Origin: Candidatus Xenobia bacterium
GTDB lineage: Bacteria > Vulcanimicrobiota > CADAWZ01
Direction of reading: 5' to 3'
DNA: 64,000 bases
Assembly: GCA_031551355.1 (NCBI GenBank)
Contig: JAVBNT010000004.1
Location: 3,067-67,066, forward strand
The translations under genes were made by a program, and so were the position numbers. A model generated the notes under the pieces. The model ran no database searches, was not told the origin of the DNA, and was given only the letters and a program-made list of their open reading frames with translations. Shown piece after piece: positions 57,816-64,000 of the stretch (within the stretch, counting starts at the first letter, position 1; each line of letters starts with the position of its first letter).

Positions 57816-58284
57816 TTAAAGATTCTTCCTTTACCGTCTCCGGCAGCGTTTCAATAATTTTTTTAAACCCGCTGACATCCTCAAACTCCATGTATACGGA
57901 GGCAAAGCGTATATACGCAACGGCATCCATTTCCCGCAGTGATTCCATAACCTTGGCACCGATATTACCGCTGAGAACTTCCCTGTCATTGGCGGCTCTG
58001 AGCTCACGCTCTATTTTCAAAAGTGCCGTCTCAATTGTTTCCATACTCACCGGACGCTTCTCACAGGCCTTCAAAAAACCGGACATCAGTTTATTGCGAT
58101 CAAAACGTTCTCTGGTTGAGTCCTTTTTGACGACAAACAGCGGACGCGGCTCTTCACGCTCCGAAGTCGTAAAGCGGCTTTTGCATTTCAGGCATTCCCT
58201 TCTACGCCTGACCGCCGAAAAATCCTCGGCCACACGGGAGTCGACAACCCTGCTTTCCTTGAAAAAACAAAAAGGACATTTCAT
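57808..58284 (-). CDS. nrdR: Transcriptional repressor NrdR
   Basis: MKCPFC..SRVVDSR, RRRRECLKC..RFTT.E, ATP-cone, VAYIRFASVY. Confidence 0.97.
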   Translation of the reverse strand: MKCPFCFFKESRVVDSRVAEDFSAVRRRRECLKCKSRFTTSEREEPRPLFVVKKDSTRERFDRNKLMSGFLKACEKRPVSMETIETALLKIERELRAANDREVLSGNIGAKVMESLREMDAVAYIRFASVYMEFEDVSGFKKIIETLPETVKEESLNE

Positions 58285-58339
58285 AAGACAGTCTCCGGCA
58301 AATTAAAATAAAATCCGGTAATACCCCCCGGAATGAACC

Positions 58340-58612
58340 CGATGTCATTAGGTTAAGGTTTTAAATCTCAGTTTTTGCCATTTTTGTCATTGCAAGGAAT
58401 TACCGACAAAGCAATCCCGAAAAACAAATGTCTGGATTGCCACGCCTTACAGGCTCGCAATCTTCCATGCGGCGTAGCCGCACAACTATAAATGAAAACA
58501 TCTGTCAGGATGCCTGTCATTGTTATGTTTTCATAACAATGACAGGCAGAGCAAATTAATCATGTGATTTTTATCACGTTCAAAAATAGTTTATACTAAC
58601 TTAATGACATTA
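58340..58612. mobile_element. Second, longer copy of the IS4-like MITE
   Basis: CGATGTCATTAGGTTAAGGTTTTAAATCTC ... CTAACTTAATGACATTA; body homologous to 40893-41088 plus an extra segment containing palindrome GCCTGTCATTGTTATG-TTTT-CATAACAATGACAGGC. Confidence 0.8.
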
Positions 58613-58698
58613 GAATTAACAAAGCATAAAAAGTAAATGAGGGGTGCCGCAACAGCTCCCCTCTAAAAAGACAAACAAAAATTAAATTTAAGCTGTTT

Positions 58699-59901
58699 TT
58701 ACTGCGTTCTGCGTCTCTGCAGCAGCTTCTCACGAAGTTTGAACGGAAGATCGTCCATTTCCTCTCCGGATGATTTCGAAAGGAAATCATTTTGTTCCGT
58801 ACCGGCAGAAGCAATTGAGGCAAACAGCTCATTGGCATTTTCATCCATCCTGGAGGCGGCAAAGCCTGTCGCCAGAACCGTAACCTTAACTTCATCCTGA
58901 TAAGAGTCGTTGATAACGGCTCCGAAAATGACTCTGGCATCCGGGTCAACAGCCTGAGCAATGATCGAAGCGGCTTCATTGACCTCAAGCAGTGAAAGAG
59001 AAGGTCCGCCGGTGATATTGAACAATACACCCTTAGCGCCGTCTATTGAAGAATCAAGCAGCAGGCTTCTTGTGGCATCCTCAGCAGCCATAGCGGCACG
59101 GCGGTCGCCTGATGCAAGTCCTATTCCCATCAATGCCGAACCGGAGTTGAGCATAATCGTCTGGATATCGGCAAAATCAACGTTTATAAGTCCGGGAATC
59201 GTAATAATATCGGAGATGCCCTGGACTCCGTGACGAAGAACATCATCCGCGACCCTGAATGAATCCATAAGCGACGTCTTCTTGTCAATTACCTTCAACA
59301 GATTATCATTAGGAATCGTAATCAGCGTATCAACCTTGTCGGTAAGCTCCTGGATGCCGCGCTCGGCAATCATCATCCTCATCCTGCCTTCAAAGGAAAA
59401 AGGTTTGGTAATTACCGCCACGGAAAGCGCCCCGGCTTCCTTCGCCAATTCGGCAACAACAGGCGCTGCTCCGGTTCCCGTTCCGCCGCCCATACCGGCC
59501 GTAATGAAAACCATATCGGCCCCGTCAATGGCGGCCAATATCTCACCGCGGCTTTCTTCAATCGCTTTTCGGCCGATTTCCGGGTTAGCTCCGGCGCCAA
59601 GCCCTCTGGTTACGTTGCCGCCGATATGTATGCGCTTAGCAGCTTCGTTGCAGAGAAAAAGTGCCTGAGCATCAGTATTAATATTTATAAAATCAACGCC
59701 GTTAAGTCCTACCTGTATCATACGGTTCACGGCATTACAGCCGGCACCGCCGACTCCAACAACCTTGATGCCGGCAAAACGCTCCAAAGAAGACCCTTTT
59801 TCCGATTGGCTTCTCGGTGCCGTCTGCACTCTGTTTATTGTCTGCGCCAATTTTTCCAAACCGACGGCAGGCTGTTTATTATCACTTTTAGATGAGTTCA
59901 A
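58699..59901 (-). CDS. ftsZ: Cell division protein FtsZ
   Basis: [49 protein letters not shown]. Confidence 0.98.
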   Translation of the reverse strand: MNSSKSDNKQPAVGLEKLAQTINRVQTAPRSQSEKGSSLERFAGIKVVGVGGAGCNAVNRMIQVGLNGVDFININTDAQALFLCNEAAKRIHIGGNVTRGLGAGANPEIGRKAIEESRGEILAAIDGADMVFITAGMGGGTGTGAAPVVAELAKEAGALSVAVITKPFSFEGRMRMMIAERGIQELTDKVDTLITIPNDNLLKVIDKKTSLMDSFRVADDVLRHGVQGISDIITIPGLINVDFADIQTIMLNSGSALMGIGLASGDRRAAMAAEDATRSLLLDSSIDGAKGVLFNITGGPSLSLLEVNEAASIIAQAVDPDARVIFGAVINDSYQDEVKVTVLATGFAASRMDENANELFASIASAGTEQNDFLSKSSGEEMDDLPFKLREKLLQRRRTQ

Positions 59902-59931
59902 GATTTCATCCTCCTAACATAAATAACGTCT

Positions 59932-61170
59932 CTAGAAAATCTCATGAAGCCACTGAATTACCTTGTTAAAAAAGTCACCCATCTTCGAAGATGACGGGGG
60001 CTTTTCAATACTTCTGCTGCGTTTTTTCGAACCATAAAGAATCAATCCCAATGCCATTGCATACGACTGATCGGCAAATTCGGACGGAAGCTCGGGAGGA
60101 TTTACCACGTTGCCTATTTTCACAGGATATTCAAACACATTCTCGGCAAGTTGGCCGATTCCGTCAATAGCCGAAGTACCTCCTGTAAGCAATATGGCTC
60201 CCAAAGCAATACCTCTTTTTGCCAGTTTATCTATTTCTACTTTAGATTTTTCAAATATGTCAACAAGCCGGCTTTCAATCACTTCTGCCAGAGACGCTCT
60301 TGAAACCGTTGCCTGGCTTACGGAGCTGATTGAATTGACACTGAGTTCTTCATCCTCGGTGATCAAATCAATCATTGCCGCACCCTTGGAATTTTTTATC
60401 CTTTCGGCCTCCATCGGAGGAATTCCAAAGCAAAGGGCAATATCGTACGTTATGTTATAACCGCCGGCACCGACAATAAAACTGGAAATAAGGCTGCCGT
60501 TTTTAAAAACGGCAATATTCGTCGTGTCAAAACCGATATCAATCACTACCGATCCGAGATCAATCATATCCTGAGTCAGAGAAGAAAGTCCGGTACAAAA
60601 ACTTCCGAGAACCAGCCCGTCCTCTTCTATTTCAAGGCCGGCCTCTTCAACCGCTCTGGTAACATTGGCAATTGAAGTTTTAAGGGCCGTAACGAGGTTG
60701 GCGTCAACTTCAAGACGCATTCCCGACATTCCGACGGGATTTTTCACACCCGGCATACCGTCGACAATGTAGTTTCTGGGAAGAACATGAACAATTTCAC
60801 GTTCAGTTGTCAGTCCCAGCAGCCTGGCGGCATCAATAACACGCCTGACATCATTCTCGGTAATTACTCTGTCGGGGCTGGCAATCGTAACCTCACCTCT
60901 TCTAAGCATAGAATGGAGGAAGTCTCCGCCAAGTCCAACATAAACGCTGCTAATCTCGAAACCGGCAGATTTTTCCGCCTCTGAAACGGCTGATTCTATC
61001 GCCATAGCAGCTTCCTGTATATTAACAATAAGTCCCTTTTTTATGCCTTTGGAAGGAGCGCTGCCAACACCAAGAATTTCAATGGAATAGTCATCGGCAA
61101 TTTCAGCAATGACGCATTGCATTGATTTCGATCCAAGATCAACTCCCGCTACAATCTCGTGTTTTGGCAT
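59932..61170 (-). CDS. ftsA: Cell division protein FtsA
   Basis: VDLGSK, GIKKGLIVNI, P.GMSG.RLE, IDIG..TT, GGYNIT.DI, LTGG. Confidence 0.96.
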   Translation of the reverse strand: MPKHEIVAGVDLGSKSMQCVIAEIADDYSIEILGVGSAPSKGIKKGLIVNIQEAAMAIESAVSEAEKSAGFEISSVYVGLGGDFLHSMLRRGEVTIASPDRVITENDVRRVIDAARLLGLTTEREIVHVLPRNYIVDGMPGVKNPVGMSGMRLEVDANLVTALKTSIANVTRAVEEAGLEIEEDGLVLGSFCTGLSSLTQDMIDLGSVVIDIGFDTTNIAVFKNGSLISSFIVGAGGYNITYDIALCFGIPPMEAERIKNSKGAAMIDLITEDEELSVNSISSVSQATVSRASLAEVIESRLVDIFEKSKVEIDKLAKRGIALGAILLTGGTSAIDGIGQLAENVFEYPVKIGNVVNPPELPSEFADQSYAMALGLILYGSKKRSRSIEKPPSSSKMGDFFNKVIQWLHEIF

Positions 61171-61202
61171 TAAAAAATACACCTCCGGAAAGGCTAAAAT
61201 TT

Positions 61203-61616
61203 CTATACGGCGGTCTCAATGTCCTTTTGAATTTCCTGCTCGGAATGCTTATTTTGCGAAGCGGAATTTTCATTTGTAGAAGTAAAAACAGAGACAATAT
61301 CGCGCCTGATAAATCCTAAATTATTGAAAAGACGGACACCAAATGTAATGATTGCCGCCATATAAAGGTCCACACCCAGCCTGTCGCCCATCCAGGTTAT
61401 AAAAGCAGCCATAAGCACATTGGTCAGAAAACCGGAAACAAAAAGCGACAAATCAAACTTACCTTCAATACCTCCTCTTATAGCCCCGACTACAGAGTCG
61501 AGTCCGGCCAGAAATGATATTGAAATATATGTCGAATATACCATCGGCGGCGCAAATTTCGCCGGCAGGATAAAACCGATTACGATACCTATGCACAGGC
61601 CCATTACAATCCACAT
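61203..61616 (-). CDS. sbp: Small basic protein family (Sbp/DUF1290)
   Basis: LAGLDSVVGAIRG, FVSGFLTN.L.A, GDRLGVDLY.A..FGVRLFNNL..IRR. Confidence 0.9.
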   Translation of the reverse strand: MWIVMGLCIGIVIGFILPAKFAPPMVYSTYISISFLAGLDSVVGAIRGGIEGKFDLSLFVSGFLTNVLMAAFITWMGDRLGVDLYMAAIITFGVRLFNNLGFIRRDIVSVFTSTNENSASQNKHSEQEIQKDIETAV

Positions 61617-61828
61617 AACAAAGATTCCGGAATAATACAGGCTTTAATAAAAGTCCAGAAAAATAGCTTTCATTACGGCCCCAGGCTTTCCGCATTTCCT
61701 TTCTTTAAAAAATTATTTTCCGCTTTTCCGCCAAATTTTATCAGCAAATACTCGAAGTCAGGTGAACCGGCAAGAGCAAAAACCGTCAGTTCAAACCTGT
61801 CTTTTATACTTTTATATAATAATAAATC

Positions 61829-62599
61829 TTAATTTTGCGGATTCTCCCGCGGTTTTGCATATCTCTGAATCATACTGCCCTTAAAGGAAGGGACTTCTAT
61901 AGAATCAAACCGGCTGATTTTCACCTTCACTCCCTGCTGTAAAGCCGGAGCCATATAGTCCATAAATCCTCCCGGCGTTCTCAGAGCTCCATCCATATCT
62001 TTGGCCGGACCAATCGCGTTAACTTTGTAAGGCGAAGCCATCCTGACCGAATTAATCAGCACAGTCGGCCCGACACACCTTATCGAGGTGGTTGTCACAA
62101 TTCTCTGATCATTTATGGAAATTGCTTCCGCTCCCGATGCCCACAGTTCATTAACAAGAGTCGAAAGATCAACATCATGCACTATAAAATAGAAAGGGTC
62201 ATCCTTAGGCGAAGGCCTTTTCGGAGAGTCCGCCATTTCAACCACTATTCCCGGGCCGGCAACCTCGGTATATCCTGCTTCAGTCCTCATTACCTCCAGT
62301 TGATTGCGCATAGCTTTAAGCACATCTTCACTGCTTCCGGCACTGCGCTCGAACTCCTCAAGGGATTTTTTCTTATCCGCCAGATCGCGCTCCATCTTGT
62401 CACGCTGCGCCTCAAGCTCATGAACCATCTTTATCATATCACTGCGCTGGCTGAACATAGGAAATCCGGCCTGCGCCTGGGTTCTAAACTGGAGCGTCAT
62501 TATAATTCCAAGAATCATGGAGGCCAGAGCAATATAAGTCTGCCAACTGTTCTTTGGTTTCTCTTTTTTTGACTGAGCCTGACGTTTCTGATTTTTCAT
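61829..62599 (-). CDS. DUF881 family protein
   Basis: TM plus coiled coil, AG.TEV.GPGIVV.M.D, VHDVDL..LVNELWASGAEAISINDQR, IRCVG, PY...AIG. Confidence 0.92.
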   Translation of the reverse strand: MKNQKRQAQSKKEKPKNSWQTYIALASMILGIIMTLQFRTQAQAGFPMFSQRSDMIKMVHELEAQRDKMERDLADKKKSLEEFERSAGSSEDVLKAMRNQLEVMRTEAGYTEVAGPGIVVEMADSPKRPSPKDDPFYFIVHDVDLSTLVNELWASGAEAISINDQRIVTTTSIRCVGPTVLINSVRMASPYKVNAIGPAKDMDGALRTPGGFMDYMAPALQQGVKVKISRFDSIEVPSFKGSMIQRYAKPRENPQN

Positions 62600-62694
62600 A
62601 AAAAACTAAAAACCTGCATATTTCAAACAAATTAAAATAACAAAAAACAACCGCTTTAGAAAAAGTAAAACAGATCTGTAACGGGTGTTTTCAT

Positions 62695-63546
62695 TTATAC
62701 GCCGTCCGGCACTGCCGCCTGAAGGTTTTCTTCAGTATCCTTATCTTTTTTAGGAGACGGAGGAACAATAAACTTAACAACCGGCTCGCTATAACGCAAG
62801 TCTATATATTCTACCAGCGAAAGTTTATCTTTCATTTGCTTCATCATTTCCGCAAGAATTGCCGTTTTATCATTTATTGAAGTATCTTGCGGATTTCTAA
62901 GCAGCTCTTCAATACTACCGAAACGAATCTCAAAGTCTTTCTTCCCGACATTATAACGAAATGAAAGATACCCCCCTATGTCAATGGCGTAGAACAATAC
63001 ATTCTTCCTTACATTCAAAGGAAGCAAATCCGAAAAAGACATTATCGAACGGATCTTCTCCTTATCAGTAAGCGAATCGACGACAATCTTATCGTCGACA
63101 ATAAGCTTAGGATAAGACTCAGCCTCTTTAGCCGTAAGAGGCAAAAGTACACGTCCGTCAATATCAACCCCGAACCATTGATGAAGTTTATCAGCTGCCG
63201 ATATTGCTACAACAGGGTTTCTTTCCGAGAGTTCTATTTTCAGCGTTCCGGGGAATTTTTTTTTAATTTTAAAACTTTTTATCCAGGAGATGGCCGCCAG
63301 ACGATCGTGCAGCGACTTTGAATCGATCTGCCACAGAAACTTTCCCCACGGTAAAGAACATGAGGCAACAACATCTTCCCCTTTCAGATGTTCCATCCCT
63401 GTTATTTCAACATTTTTCAAACGGAATGAATCCGAAGTAATAAAAACAAGCTGTGCAAGCAAAAAAAGCAGCAGCACAAAAACCTTTCTCGGGTTACCGC
63501 TTACAACAGGGAGCTTAAACTTAACAGTATCAGACTTTCTTTTCAT
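62695..63546 (-). CDS. ftsQ: Cell division protein FtsQ/DivIB
   Basis: Single TM, POTRA (F.LKNVEITG, WIK..I.KKFP.TL.I...ER.P), C-terminal YIDLRY. Confidence 0.85.
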   Translation of the reverse strand: MKRKSDTVKFKLPVVSGNPRKVFVLLLFLLAQLVFITSDSFRLKNVEITGMEHLKGEDVVASCSLPWGKFLWQIDSKSLHDRLAAISWIKSFKIKKKFPGTLKIELSERNPVVAISAADKLHQWFGVDIDGRVLLPLTAKEAESYPKLIVDDKIVVDSLTDKEKIRSIMSFSDLLPLNVRKNVLFYAIDIGGYLSFRYNVGKKDFEIRFGSIEELLRNPQDTSINDKTAILAEMMKQMKDKLSLVEYIDLRYSEPVVKFIVPPSPKKDKDTEENLQAAVPDGV

Positions 63547-63603
63547 AATAAAAGGCTAAACTCCCATTCAATACATATATCCAAAACCCAAAACCTTAAA
63601 AAC

Positions 63604-64000
63604 CTACTCAACAGGAGAAGCAAACAAGGATTCATTTATAGACAATAACGGGGAATATGAAGGCTGAGAAGATAATTTACTGTAAAACATTTCCGATACA
63701 TTGCAAATATCACCTGCTCCAAGAGTGATAACGACATCACCTTTTTCCGCATTTGCCAAAAGCCAGTGCAGTATATCCTTACGTTCGGGAATATAATGTA
63801 CATCAACATTAGGAGACTTTTTCTTTATAAGAGAAGCCAGATCAGAGCTGTTTATTTCAGGATCAACTTTTTCTCCGGCACTGTATATATCGGCAACAAC
63901 AAGAATATCAGCTTCATAAAACGCTTCCGACAGCTCGTTCATCAGGAATCTCGTTCGCGAATACCTGTGGGGCTGGAACACGGCAATAACACGTTTTGCA
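63604..64000 (-). CDS. murC: UDP-N-acetylmuramate--L-alanine ligase, C-terminal part (5' end outside window)
   Basis: VIAVFQPHRYSRT, DIYSAGE, GDVVITLGAGDI. Confidence 0.93.
   Translation of the reverse strand, partial: AKRVIAVFQPHRYSRTRFLMNELSEAFYEADILVVADIYSAGEKVDPEINSSDLASLIKKKSPNVDVHYIPERKDILHWLLANAEKGDVVITLGAGDICNVSEMFYSKLSSQPSYSPLLSINESLFASPVE

Overview
Chromosomal window from a diderm (LPS-producing) Terrabacteria-type bacterium. It carries both an outer-membrane/lipid A cluster (bamA, three ompH-like genes, lpxD, hypothetical, lpxC, fabZ, gnnA-like, lpxA, lpxB) and a Firmicutes-style division cluster (murC, ftsQ, DUF881, sbp, ftsA, ftsZ). An Eremiobacterota-like or diderm-Firmicute-like lineage is an inference, not a call. 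Core genes include argS, class II nrdJ, nrdR, a stand-alone EF-G, rpmB, deoB-punA-pdp and three tRNAs (Thr-CGT, Ile-GAT, Ala-TGC). The most notable observations are: (1) a divergent Fur / opine dehydrogenase / EamA module with three matching 17-bp operators and near-consensus promoters, a candidate new opine-metallophore system; (2) four tandem permuted NlpC/P60 (YiiX-like) enzymes with C-terminal membrane hairpins, downstream of a catalytically degenerate GGDEF protein and a secreted HEAT-repeat protein; (3) a family of ~120-nt intergenic elements whose stems differ in sequence but keep pairing around conserved loops; (4) an IS4-like MITE nested inside one of those elements with a 10-bp target duplication; (5) an Ile-Ala tRNA pair transcribed without rRNA genes. 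No CRISPR array, integrase or intact transposase is visible. All calls come from motif reading by eye; no database searches were run.
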